From the UHGV virus genome UHGV-0331319: a stretch of 40,398 bases of DNA; one strand, written 5' to 3'. The DNA comes from a virus. The position numbers were made by a program, and so were the translations under genes. The notes under the pieces are model-generated. The model saw nothing but the letters and a program-made list of their open reading frames with translations. It made no database searches and was not told where the DNA came from. Of the stretch, positions 22,946 through 32,223 are shown one piece after another (the first letter of the stretch is position 1; each line of letters begins with the position of its first letter).

Positions 22946-25900
22946 TCAACCTCCTACAATTACCAGGCTTACACCCTTGCGGGCTGCCTCTTTGTCAAGT
23001 TCTGGTTTAAGCACCCTGGCCAATGCAGCCAGGTTTCCGGTCAGGTTCATGACAATCTGTATTGGCCGGTTCCCTTCCGCCTGCAGGCGGCTTATCATCT
23101 CGTCCATTTTAGCCACCAGGTAGCCCAGTGTCTCTTCCTGGCCGTATCCTGCCGTGTTCCTCATGCTGGCGGACATTTCCCCAGCCCTTGGCGGCACAAC
23201 GGTTCCGCTGGCCATTCTGGGCAGATAGGATGCTGCGTTCGGGATGTTGATACCGATCGGCAACTGGATCTCCACACCGTCAAACACATCCAGGACGCCA
23301 TCCAGCCACTTCTGGACCGTGCTGCGGGATGATGCTGCCATAGCACTGATACCGTTATTAAATCCGCGCACTACATACTCTGCAATGCCATAAAACTCCT
23401 TAGACGGCGAGTTGATGTCAAACTCTTCCTCGGCCTCTTCCATGGCTTCTCTCGCCCACCTTTTAATGGCATCCTTTGCCATGTAAGCAAAGTCAGAGAT
23501 ACCATTGGCGAATCCCTCATTGATCCTCTTTGCCATGTCATAAAATGCTTTATACATCCCTCCGGTTCCTTCCTGGTCACTGTCGCCCCAGAACCATTCC
23601 TTTACATTCTTTGCCCAGGTCTCCATGGGTGACTGGGTTTCAGTATGGCTGCCATCAATCTTAGTCTTAAATGCCTGGATGATCGTATCGGCAAACTTAG
23701 TCCAGGACAATTCATTTACGCCTTGTATTTCATCTGCCCCTACAAACCACTTCCGGATATTCTCGGCCCATGTTTCCATGACACTCTGAGACTTTGTATA
23801 GTTCTTCGTGACACTAGTATTAAATCCAGACAGGATATTTGTGGCCCACTGTTTAGATTCCGTAGAATCACCGCTGCTGATACCAAACTTATCCTTAAAC
23901 CATGATGACACCCCGGTTGCCCAGGACTTGATCACACTCTGAGATGCCGTCTGCTCATTGGTCACGCCTTGGTTAAACCCGGCTACTGTGTTAGAGCCTA
24001 TGCCAGCCAAAACGGTTGACGGACTATGGATTCCCAGTAGCCCTTTAATTCCGTTCACAAATGGGTCTGTGATATGCTGCTTAATAAATGCACCAGGGTT
24101 AGAGAAAAATTCCTTGATGCCGTCACAGAATCCATCCCACAAATACTGCCCCATGCCTGCCATGACTGTGGATGGGCTGTGGATGCCGAAGGCACTTTTG
24201 AATGCATCCATGAATGGCTTGAAGACATTGTTCTGTATCCAGGTCCCCACAGCCTTCATGGCATCTATGATACCTTTGAAAATCCCGTCAACCACATTTC
24301 CGCCGCATTCCTCTATCTTGCCCTGGAAGTATTCCTTCGCGGCAACTACACCATCTGAAATCAGACCTCCTATGATGGCGCCGATACCACCCAACGCAGC
24401 TCCTATTACTGCAAAGAGTCTATTAGCAACCGTTGCCCAATCAATGTGCTCCAATGCTGTAGCCACGCCATCACCAAATGCCCACCAGTCCGTTTCTGTG
24501 ATAAACGTCACGAGGGCGTTTAAAATCCCTATCACAATGTCGCTGATGGCTGTTCCGGCGCCTGCCCAGTCAAAGGTCTGGAAAAATGTACTTAGGCTGG
24601 TTGCAAGCTGGGTACCAAATTCAATCCAATCGAACGTAGTTGCAAACTCCCCCAATAGAGCAAAGGCTGCATTGAGCCCGGCAGCAAAAAGATACCCCAG
24701 CTGTGCCCAGTCAATCTGGCCTGTAAGGCCCATGAGGCATGTTGCTATAGCAGTCCCTATCGCTCCCCAATCTACAGCCAGAACGAATCCAAGAAGACCA
24801 GATATTTTAGCCTGGAAGAAGGCGCCGATTGTGGCCCCAAACAGGTTCCAGTCAACCGTGTCGACCATCCCCATCAGACCTATTCCCAGTGCATTCCCCA
24901 GCATGAACCAGTCAATCTGGGTAAGTAACATAAAGAGTGTAGCAGCAAGTGTGTTGATTCCGGTACCAAACATAATCCCAATGGCGTACCAGTCAATGGT
25001 GGCTACCAGGCTGTTAAACAAGGTGGTGAATGCTGTTACAAAGGCTGTTATCTGCGCCCCTACGTTATCCCAACTAATAAACTGTGTAAAACTCTGCACG
25101 GCTTCATTGATCTTCTGTCCGATCAGCTGACCGATACCTTCCCAGTCTCCAGCTGCGAACATCTCTTTCAGTTTGTTGGCAAAGTCACTGATACCTTGAT
25201 CAATCCCAACTGTCTCAAACATGTCTGATGGACTGGCTCCTCCGCCACCGCCCCCAGAATCATCTGCGCTCTGCTGTTGTATCTGCACAAGGTCATCAAA
25301 TGGAGCCAGGGCTTTCTTGGCCTCTTTACCGGCTGCACTCGCAGCACCTCCCGTCTTTTTCAGGCTGGCTGCATAGTCTTCATTAGCCTTTTTTGCCCTT
25401 ACAAATGTAGAACCACCACCCAGCGCAGAAAAGAACTGATTTATGTATCCAACCGCTGTTGCCAACAGATTGATCAGTGTATTAAGTACCGGCGCCACAA
25501 TGGACAGGATCGGCGCAAATGCTGCTGCAAAGCTATTCTTGAGGTATGTCATATTGGTCATAAGACCAGACATGGCCTGGTTCGCACTGTCTGAATATTG
25601 CACCAGGTTCTGCATGCCCTCCTTTACGCCCTGAATGGCTGCCCTCATGGCCATACGGATGAGCATGAGTTTAAACATGTTGGCTAACTTAAAAACACAT
25701 TGGCTTGCCTTGTTTGATGACTTTCCCAATCCTTTGAGACTGGACACGGCCTGCTTTGCTTTGTTGTCCAGTCCTCTTCCCAGCATCTTTCCAAAACTGG
25801 TCACTGTCCGGGCGGCGGATGAAAATGCACTCTTTACAATTCCAGGCACCTTGGACAACTCCTTTTTGGCTACTGCCGGTATCTGGCTGAATGCCTGTGG

Positions 25901-26740
25901 TACAGTTTTAAATGCATTCAGGATCGACTCCTTAACCCCTACATACCCCTGGGCTTGCTCTGCACCTTGGTTGGACGCTTCCGACACAGCCTGTTCTGCT
26001 TCTGCTGCATTCTGTTGCAGTCCATTCATGGCCATGCTAGCCTGACCTCCATATTGTTCCACCGCTTCGGCCCAGTTGTGGATTTTGGAAGCTACCTCAC
26101 CAAATACTGCGGCCATCGCTCCGGGATCATAATTCATGGATTCCGGGCTTACCGGCACCGCAACTGCCTCCCTGGGGGTTGTCTGTACAGCTTCCATATC
26201 CTGCACTTTTAGCTGGTCCATCTGCTGTTTTAGGGCCTGTGCTTCCAGATCCATCTGGTTTAAGGCTGCGGCCCCCTGCTCACCATATCGCACAACTGCA
26301 TCGGCATAGTTCTGTATCTGCGCTGCCTCTTCCCCGAATACCGCCGCCATTGCTTTGGGGTCATAATTTAGTGATTCAGCAGGAGTTGCAACTGGAGCGG
26401 CAACCGGCGCGGAAGATGCAACGTCTGATGCATTGTCCTGCCAATCGTGGACACTGATCGCGTCCATCTGCTCTTGCAGGCTTTTAACCTGCGCTGCTGA
26501 CTTATCAGCCGCATCACCAATTGTCTCCACTGCATCCGATGTGCTCTCTGCGCTGCTGGCAGTCTCGGCCATTGCCTGTCCCGCTCCGTTAAATCGGTTC
26601 AGGATGTTGGTGGATAACCGGTCCACGGCCTTCGTCAACCGGTCCATTGCCTTTGAAAGGGTAGAAATGCCATCCTCGAATCCATCTATATTGATCGCTG
26701 TATCAAACCTTAAACTACCATCACTGCCGCCTGCTGCCAT
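22946..26740 (-). CDS. tail tape measure protein, 1264 aa
   Basis: size; Ala/Gln-rich coiled N-terminal region with a duplicated roughly 45-aa unit; a series of Gly/Ala-rich hydrophobic repeats each containing a DW...G motif; AGGAGGTGA RBS. Confidence 0.85.
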   Translation of the reverse strand: MAAGGSDGSLRFDTAINIDGFEDGISTLSKAMDRLTKAVDRLSTNILNRFNGAGQAMAETASSAESTSDAVETIGDAADKSAAQVKSLQEQMDAISVHDWQDNASDVASSAPVAAPVATPAESLNYDPKAMAAVFGEEAAQIQNYADAVVRYGEQGAAALNQMDLEAQALKQQMDQLKVQDMEAVQTTPREAVAVPVSPESMNYDPGAMAAVFGEVASKIHNWAEAVEQYGGQASMAMNGLQQNAAEAEQAVSEASNQGAEQAQGYVGVKESILNAFKTVPQAFSQIPAVAKKELSKVPGIVKSAFSSAARTVTSFGKMLGRGLDNKAKQAVSSLKGLGKSSNKASQCVFKLANMFKLMLIRMAMRAAIQGVKEGMQNLVQYSDSANQAMSGLMTNMTYLKNSFAAAFAPILSIVAPVLNTLINLLATAVGYINQFFSALGGGSTFVRAKKANEDYAASLKKTGGAASAAGKEAKKALAPFDDLVQIQQQSADDSGGGGGGASPSDMFETVGIDQGISDFANKLKEMFAAGDWEGIGQLIGQKINEAVQSFTQFISWDNVGAQITAFVTAFTTLFNSLVATIDWYAIGIMFGTGINTLAATLFMLLTQIDWFMLGNALGIGLMGMVDTVDWNLFGATIGAFFQAKISGLLGFVLAVDWGAIGTAIATCLMGLTGQIDWAQLGYLFAAGLNAAFALLGEFATTFDWIEFGTQLATSLSTFFQTFDWAGAGTAISDIVIGILNALVTFITETDWWAFGDGVATALEHIDWATVANRLFAVIGAALGGIGAIIGGLISDGVVAAKEYFQGKIEECGGNVVDGIFKGIIDAMKAVGTWIQNNVFKPFMDAFKSAFGIHSPSTVMAGMGQYLWDGFCDGIKEFFSNPGAFIKQHITDPFVNGIKGLLGIHSPSTVLAGIGSNTVAGFNQGVTNEQTASQSVIKSWATGVSSWFKDKFGISSGDSTESKQWATNILSGFNTSVTKNYTKSQSVMETWAENIRKWFVGADEIQGVNELSWTKFADTIIQAFKTKIDGSHTETQSPMETWAKNVKEWFWGDSDQEGTGGMYKAFYDMAKRINEGFANGISDFAYMAKDAIKRWAREAMEEAEEEFDINSPSKEFYGIAEYVVRGFNNGISAMAASSRSTVQKWLDGVLDVFDGVEIQLPIGINIPNAASYLPRMASGTVVPPRAGEMSASMRNTAGYGQEETLGYLVAKMDEMISRLQAEGNRPIQIVMNLTGNLAALARVLKPELDKEAARKGVSLVIVGG

Positions 26741-26788
26741 GTTATCACCTCCTGCCTGCGCATAAAAATAAGACGCTCATCCAGCGCC

Positions 26789-27352
26789 TTAACCCAACAA
26801 TTTATTCCAATACTCAATCTCCGCTTGTTCCTCTTCGGTATACCGTCTTTTGACGTCACAAAGCTTTTTGTTGTTCCGATAAAATTCCTGCTCCCACTTT
26901 TCCAGTTTCTTGCCTTTGGCCTTCTTTTGTCGGATGCCCAGGACTGTGGAAAAGGTTCCTTCCTCGATCTCCATAAAATACCCGGAAAAGGTCCACCAGT
27001 GGATGTACGGGACCGCCCTGGTCTCCATACCCGCCACTTTGTTGATAGCAGGGAATAGGATAGGCTCGTCCTGTTCCCAGTCCATCACCTTCCTGGCCGG
27101 CTTCTTATCGTCATCTTCCTGACCGCAGTCCACGAACCACTTAGCCCGCAGTATGGCTTCCTCCATGTGCTCCTGTGGTATATGGTAAAAACTATCCCGG
27201 TACAGCCGCTTCATCAGGATCTCAAGTTTTTCTGCCGCCGTGAAGTCTGGATCATTGCAAGCAGCCAGGAATACCAATATGTTCCGGTAATCCGTCTCTA
27301 TGGGATAACTGATGCCGCTTATATCAAGGCTGGTGGGTAGTACGCCAATCAT
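26789..27352 (-). CDS. tail assembly chaperone (second of a pair)
   Basis: position immediately upstream of the tape measure; start overlaps the stop of the preceding gene (ATGA). Confidence 0.5.
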   Translation of the reverse strand: MIGVLPTSLDISGISYPIETDYRNILVFLAACNDPDFTAAEKLEILMKRLYRDSFYHIPQEHMEEAILRAKWFVDCGQEDDDKKPARKVMDWEQDEPILFPAINKVAGMETRAVPYIHWWTFSGYFMEIEEGTFSTVLGIRQKKAKGKKLEKWEQEFYRNNKKLCDVKRRYTEEEQAEIEYWNKLLG

Positions 27353-27819
27353 TGCTTGATGTCCTTCAGATACTTGTTCATCTTTTCCCTGCTCTTTTTG
27401 TTGTATGCCTCAACCGCAGGCTTCATCAGCACAAGCAGGCTGTCCAGGACTTCCTCGTACAGATATTTCTGGCCAATGATACAAAGCGGAGACTGGCCGG
27501 CAAAGATCATATCATATACATCAGATAAAAATATACCATTAAAGGCTTTCCGCATCTCTGCTGTAAACTCCCCTATGTATGCTCCGCTCTTTTCCAAGTC
27601 TCCCTTGGGACTTCCATCCGGATTCAGTTCTATTTCTGCAGGAGGCTTATAATCTTTAAAATGTTTCTGCACATCCAACACTCGGTTGATGATTTCAGGG
27701 TCAGCCGGGTTAAACCGGATAATCCGCGTGGGATCGTCATTGATCGTAAAACTCTCGTATCCATCATTAAATGATAAGTTCTTCATTTTCGCCATCAGGC
27801 TCTGCCTCCTCATGATCAA
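27349..27819 (-). CDS. tail assembly chaperone (first of a pair)
   Basis: acidic protein between the major tail gene and the tape measure. Confidence 0.5.
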   Translation of the reverse strand: MIMRRQSLMAKMKNLSFNDGYESFTINDDPTRIIRFNPADPEIINRVLDVQKHFKDYKPPAEIELNPDGSPKGDLEKSGAYIGEFTAEMRKAFNGIFLSDVYDMIFAGQSPLCIIGQKYLYEEVLDSLLVLMKPAVEAYNKKSREKMNKYLKDIKQ

Positions 27820-27862
27820 TTAGATATACCGCAGGCGGATCTGCTGCCGCCCGCGCTTCTGT

Positions 27863-28369
27863 TCAGGTATCTGCTGTAAAAGTCTTTGTGGCAAGCACGA
27901 ACTTACCCTTGACCCTATTTCCGGTATGGTGCACATTGAACGGGATCTGATATCCGGTCGTATCACCGCCATAGCTGGATACCTCTATGATCGCATCCTC
28001 TTTATAGGCCACGTATGTGCCGTCCGCTGAATCAACCGGCTCCCACAGATGGACCTCCACTACGCTGGTTTTCAGATCATCCAGGGTCTGCTGTTCGTCT
28101 ACAATCCCCTGGAGACGCTCAAACAGTGGCTCTCCGATTTCGGCATAGTATGGCTCCACACTGGCCTGGGGCTGATAGCTGTCCAGTGTAACGGACGTCT
28201 CACCCCAGATATTATTCTTAGTTTCTACATTGGCGTTCATTTCTACAATGTACTCTTCCAGGTCTTTCCCCAAACGGACGTAGGATTCCTTGGATTCAGA
28301 CGGAAGGGCCGCATCAATGTAGTTGGCCATAAATTTACGTTTGATCTTTCCTGTGATCGTTTCTGGCAT
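27863..28369 (-). CDS. major tail (tube) protein
   Basis: 168 aa, position upstream of the chaperone pair. Confidence 0.5.
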   Translation of the reverse strand: MPETITGKIKRKFMANYIDAALPSESKESYVRLGKDLEEYIVEMNANVETKNNIWGETSVTLDSYQPQASVEPYYAEIGEPLFERLQGIVDEQQTLDDLKTSVVEVHLWEPVDSADGTYVAYKEDAIIEVSSYGGDTTGYQIPFNVHHTGNRVKGKFVLATKTFTADT

Positions 28370-28822
28370 TTAAAATTCCTCGCTTTCTATTTTGTAGGTC
28401 ACCTGTATCTGTATCTGGTACAGGATGCCATCGTTAACTGTCTCGCCCATGGGCTGCATAGACATTGCGTTAGATGTGATGGCTTTTATGAATCTTGCTT
28501 CAAGCTCCTGGTTTCCGATATTAGCTACAAGACCGCCCTCTTCAGGTAGTCGCTCCAGCCAGTAACCAAGTTCCAAGAGAAAATTGCTGTTGGCCAGCCG
28601 GCAGTAATCCGTGAAGGATGGCGCTACCGCATATATGGCAAAGTTATGACGCCGGGTCTGATTACCCAGCATGTCCTCCTTGACCAGGCTGTCTCCATTG
28701 CTGGACAGGCCATAACTGGAGCCCGGCTCCGTGAAGTCCACATGGATATCACTGTCTACCAGAAACTCCGATATCTTCGGATACTCTGTCAGTTTCTGCC
28801 TCATGTAATCTATGATCGTCAT
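28370..28822 (-). CDS. tail completion / tail terminator protein
   Basis: position in head-tail joining cluster. Confidence 0.45.
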   Translation of the reverse strand: MTIIDYMRQKLTEYPKISEFLVDSDIHVDFTEPGSSYGLSSNGDSLVKEDMLGNQTRRHNFAIYAVAPSFTDYCRLANSNFLLELGYWLERLPEEGGLVANIGNQELEARFIKAITSNAMSMQPMGETVNDGILYQIQIQVTYKIESEEF

Positions 28823-29253
28823 GTCTTCTCTCCTTTATCTATTAGGGCCTGGGCCGCCTGTAGTATGTCATCCCTGTGGTCGGCCTTCATGCGGTCGAAC
28901 CATTTCTTGCCGCGCATGGGTGCACCAGCATAGGTCAACTCCCGGTCCGTGGGAACCTTAATCTCATTCTCTTTGGCCCAAGCACTGCCCGTTGTCGGGG
29001 ACACGTATAAAATGCCCTCGTGCAGATAATGGGCATAAGGGCCTGGTATGTCGATCTGACCGGAGCCAATCACTGTGGCCATGATCATCATATGTTCCAG
29101 TTCTCCTGCCTGTCTGCGCGGCATGTAGTCACTCATGTACCGCATGGCCTCTGAATCAACCAGCTTTTGCACTGGACCGCCTTTCTGCAACCCATGATTC
29201 CTTTTGATAGTTTCTGCGGTGCTTATGTTAAGTTCCACCTTCATGCCCCTCAC
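28819..29253 (-). CDS. HK97 gp10-like neck / tail-component protein
   Basis: position and size. Confidence 0.45.
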   Translation of the reverse strand: MRGMKVELNISTAETIKRNHGLQKGGPVQKLVDSEAMRYMSDYMPRRQAGELEHMMIMATVIGSGQIDIPGPYAHYLHEGILYVSPTTGSAWAKENEIKVPTDRELTYAGAPMRGKKWFDRMKADHRDDILQAAQALIDKGEKT

Positions 29254-29256
29254 CCC

Positions 29257-29637
29257 CTACTTGCAGGCCAACTCATAATGTTGCACGGACTCGCTGCCAT
29301 ACAGCCGCTCATCTACCGTAACCACTGTCAGGAATCCATAGGCTGCCTTAAGGGCTGCCAGGGACTTTGACATAGCCTCCTGACTGCTACAGTCTATCTC
29401 GTCCTCAATAATGCCCTTGGCAGCCAAGTCCTTGCCCTGTGTCAGTTTTATGGGACCGTCCAGGCTTTCCAGCGGGATGACCAGGAGCACGGATGTACCG
29501 TCCCGCTGGCCGGTCTTAAGATAGGTGGATTGCCTTACATCCTCCCAGTACACATCCTCTATGGGCATCCTGGTGTACTTCTCGGCCTTCCCCTCTTTGC
29601 TGTATAAATACAGCGTCACATCTGCATTGGTATACAT
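29257..29637 (-). CDS. head closure / head-tail adaptor protein
   Basis: position and size. Confidence 0.45.
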   Translation of the reverse strand: MYTNADVTLYLYSKEGKAEKYTRMPIEDVYWEDVRQSTYLKTGQRDGTSVLLVIPLESLDGPIKLTQGKDLAAKGIIEDEIDCSSQEAMSKSLAALKAAYGFLTVVTVDERLYGSESVQHYELACK

Positions 29638-29638
29638 A

Positions 29639-30010
29639 TCACACCCCCTGATAACACAGGCCGGTATCTGCCAGCCACTTCATAACAATGCTGCGCTGTT
29701 CCTTGGCCGTGGCCTGTACTGACTCCTGAACGCTGGAAAAGCTGACCGAATAAGTACCGATCTTCTCCGATGCCTTTCCTCCGGATTCTTTCTGCCGTTT
29801 CTCCATACGGTACTCGGATTCCGCCAGTTCACAGCAGCACATCTGGACCTCATCGGGGATCTCTGCTACATCTTTCAATCGGTTGAATGTATAGCGGTCA
29901 ATGGCCTGGCTGGCAGACCTGGCATAAAATGGGAAGTCAGTTGTGATGACCGGCTTCCTCCCCTTCAGGTAGTCGTTAATATAGTACATCTCGTCAGTGT
30001 ATGCCTGCAT
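29639..30010 (-). CDS. head-tail connector (gp6-like) protein
   Basis: directly after the major capsid gene; 123 aa. Confidence 0.55.
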   Translation of the reverse strand: MQAYTDEMYYINDYLKGRKPVITTDFPFYARSASQAIDRYTFNRLKDVAEIPDEVQMCCCELAESEYRMEKRQKESGGKASEKIGTYSVSFSSVQESVQATAKEQRSIVMKWLADTGLCYQGV

Positions 30011-30023
30011 TATGCCTGCCTCC

Positions 30024-31214
30024 TTACTGCTTGATGAGGGTTACATCCTTTGTTACTGCCGCATCTGCTACAGTCACGGTCTCGGTAACCTGGCCGTAGC
30101 CTGACTTCTTAATCTTCGCCGGATATGTCCCTGCCCGCAGATTGAACTCCGCCGCGCCGGACGCGTCCGTCTTGACCCTGGAGCCATTCACATCCACAAT
30201 TGCCCCACTAATGGCTACTGGTGTTTCAGCATTGTCCTGAACCGTAAATGTTACCTTCTGAGTGGTTACTGCTGTTGCCGGTTCCAGATATGCAAACGGA
30301 CAGCCTACACGATCCTCGTCCATCCTGGTTGCCGGGTTAGGCAGTGCCCATCCCATCCGGAATACAATACGCAGGGCAACCATGTCCTGCTGTGCCAGGT
30401 TGTAGACGATTTCCTTCGTTATCGGGTCCTGGATGACACCCTGATCCAGGATCTTTACCGTCACATCCTGACGGATGGAATACACCGCCTGCTTGAAGTC
30501 ACCAACAATCAGCTGTGCAATGGTGTTGTCATAGGCGCCGTTCTGCGGAAAATACATCGGCGCCCCATCCAGCGCATAGTTGGTAGAACCCTGCATATCG
30601 GATTTGAAGATAAGACTGCCATCCGTTGCCCGGATCCCTCTCAGCTTCGCTCTCATGGTCATGGCAGCCAGCGCACCGGTGGCCATATATCCGTCTTCCT
30701 CAACCTTGGAAATGACTCCGCCCTCGCCCAGAAGCAGATTGTAATAATCGGGGCTGGAACCTACCGTCACATTGTTGCCCGCCTGCCTGGCCAGCGTAAT
30801 GATGTCATTCTGCCAGTTACGCGGACGATTCACGCCAAAAATGATGGCGCTGTCCACGCGCTGGCCAATTGCCTCGTTAACCCTCGGTGTAATCTCACCG
30901 AAGATGTCGAACTCCGCATCATCCAGCACTGCCTCGGAAATCGGCACAATGACTGCCAACTCCGCAGCCTCAATGAATACATTATCCCAAGCCTGTCTGG
31001 TTGTCTGCTTCATGCCAGTGTCTCCATCTACCCAATAGGCTGTGGGCAGGAAATCAAGCACCCTCATCCGGGTCTGGTTGCTAGTCATGTTTGGCAGCTT
31101 ACGTGCCATGCTCATAAACGTGGACTGCTTCGGAGCGTCCTGGAAAATAGTTGAAATAACCTGTTCGCGGATAATGGCCTCCGCATCGGCCCTGCTTGTA
31201 ATATTTACAGCCAT
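30024..31214 (-). CDS. major capsid protein (HK97 fold) with a C-terminal Ig-like decoration domain
   Basis: 396 aa; follows the scaffold gene; C-terminal about 90 residues have a Big-like beta-rich composition (TFTVQDNAETPVAISGAIVDVNGSRV...). Confidence 0.8.
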   Translation of the reverse strand: MAVNITSRADAEAIIREQVISTIFQDAPKQSTFMSMARKLPNMTSNQTRMRVLDFLPTAYWVDGDTGMKQTTRQAWDNVFIEAAELAVIVPISEAVLDDAEFDIFGEITPRVNEAIGQRVDSAIIFGVNRPRNWQNDIITLARQAGNNVTVGSSPDYYNLLLGEGGVISKVEEDGYMATGALAAMTMRAKLRGIRATDGSLIFKSDMQGSTNYALDGAPMYFPQNGAYDNTIAQLIVGDFKQAVYSIRQDVTVKILDQGVIQDPITKEIVYNLAQQDMVALRIVFRMGWALPNPATRMDEDRVGCPFAYLEPATAVTTQKVTFTVQDNAETPVAISGAIVDVNGSRVKTDASGAAEFNLRAGTYPAKIKKSGYGQVTETVTVADAAVTKDVTLIKQ

Positions 31215-31227
31215 ACTGTATTACCTC

Positions 31228-31761
31228 CTACTCTCTGCCTAAGATACTTCTTAAGGCATTGTTTGCTTGTGTCCTCGTGTCATCTGTCTTATCTCCCCCG
31301 GGGCCAGGAGTTGGTGCAACCACGCGGGGAATACTGACATCCTGAAACAAATATGCATTGTCTTTCTTTACAGCTTCCAGGGCCGTCTTAATATCTGTCT
31401 CCTGATTCTTACTGGCTTTCAGCTTCTCCACATCTAGGAAAGGCATGACCGCTTTCAGATCCCTGGGCTTAAACCCTTCTGCAGTGGTTTTCAACAGATC
31501 ATTGAAGTCCCGTTCCGCCAGCTGCTTCTGGTACTCGGCGTCCTTGTTGGCCAGATCCGTAGTCAGGGTCTGTATCTTCCCCTGAAGTTCCGATATGTTT
31601 ACGCCTTCAAAACTCTTAAGCGTGGCCTGTGCCGTGGAAAGCTGGGTCTTGTATGTATCCCTCTCCTGCTTGATCCCATTAATGTCCTTGCCGTACTCCG
31701 CCATGACATAATCAATCTGTTCCTGAGTTAACCCCTTTGCCTGTAAATCCTCTGTCTTCAT
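31228..31761 (-). CDS. scaffolding protein
   Basis: 177 aa, helical Lys/Glu/Gln-rich, immediately upstream of the major capsid gene. Confidence 0.55.
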   Translation of the reverse strand: MKTEDLQAKGLTQEQIDYVMAEYGKDINGIKQERDTYKTQLSTAQATLKSFEGVNISELQGKIQTLTTDLANKDAEYQKQLAERDFNDLLKTTAEGFKPRDLKAVMPFLDVEKLKASKNQETDIKTALEAVKKDNAYLFQDVSIPRVVAPTPGPGGDKTDDTRTQANNALRSILGRE

Positions 31762-31879
31762 TCTCTTTTCCTTTCTTGCCCGTCCTTAGGTTATTTATAG
31801 GTGTGTAACCATCCACCAACGGCTGACTATTTTAGGTCTTATCTTCTGACCGATTTTTGAACATAATAAAAGCACCTGA

Positions 31880-32044
31880 CTAATCAGATGCTTCACTCTC
31901 CCATTTATATTTATAATCCTTACATATATCCTCAGGCGGCTTTTGGGCCAATACGATTTCTCTTGGTATGCCTTGCGGACATACCCTGCATTTCATACCC
32001 TTTTCACAGTATTCACATTTTAGGCATATAGGGATTACAATCAC
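31880..32044 (-). CDS. small zinc-ribbon-like protein
   Basis: CLKCEYC...CRVCPQG (two CxxC pairs); GTG start overlapping the upstream stop, preceded by GGAGGA. Confidence 0.35.
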   Translation of the reverse strand: MIVIPICLKCEYCEKGMKCRVCPQGIPREIVLAQKPPEDICKDYKYKWESEASD

Positions 32045-32223
32045 TCTAATTCCTCCATCCTCTGTTTCCATAATGGCACATATAATCCTGGCCGCACCAG
32101 GTGATAGTTCTTTAAATAATATGTCCGTTCAGTTTCATACTCTTCCGGACTCATATCATCACGCCAGAAAGGCACCTCCTTCAATGTGGCCGATGCCCAG
32201 CCACTACTTTCGTCTACCGTCAT
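32041..32223 (-). CDS. hypothetical small protein, 60 aa
   Basis: ATG (MTVDESSGW...) in the minus-strand string between the MuF gene and the scaffold gene. Confidence 0.35.
   Translation of the reverse strand: MTVDESSGWASATLKEVPFWRDDMSPEEYETERTYYLKNYHLVRPGLYVPLWKQRMEELE

Noticed and set aside
23958-25130. 390-aa plus-strand ORF (and similar long plus-strand ORFs at 21757-22482, 25635-26045, 36662-37675, 36589-37092)
   Set aside because: They lie antisense to well-supported minus-strand structural genes (tape measure, tail protein, terminase). They have low-complexity Pro/Ser/Ala-rich translations and no RBS. I treat them as shadow ORFs of high-GC coding DNA.
26789-27819. Programmed -1 frameshift joining the two tail chaperone ORFs (G/GT-like)
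   Set aside because: The two ORFs overlap only by ATGA with a proper start for the second. I could not see a slippery heptamer (XXXYYYZ) at the junction, so I annotate them as separate genes. Low certainty.
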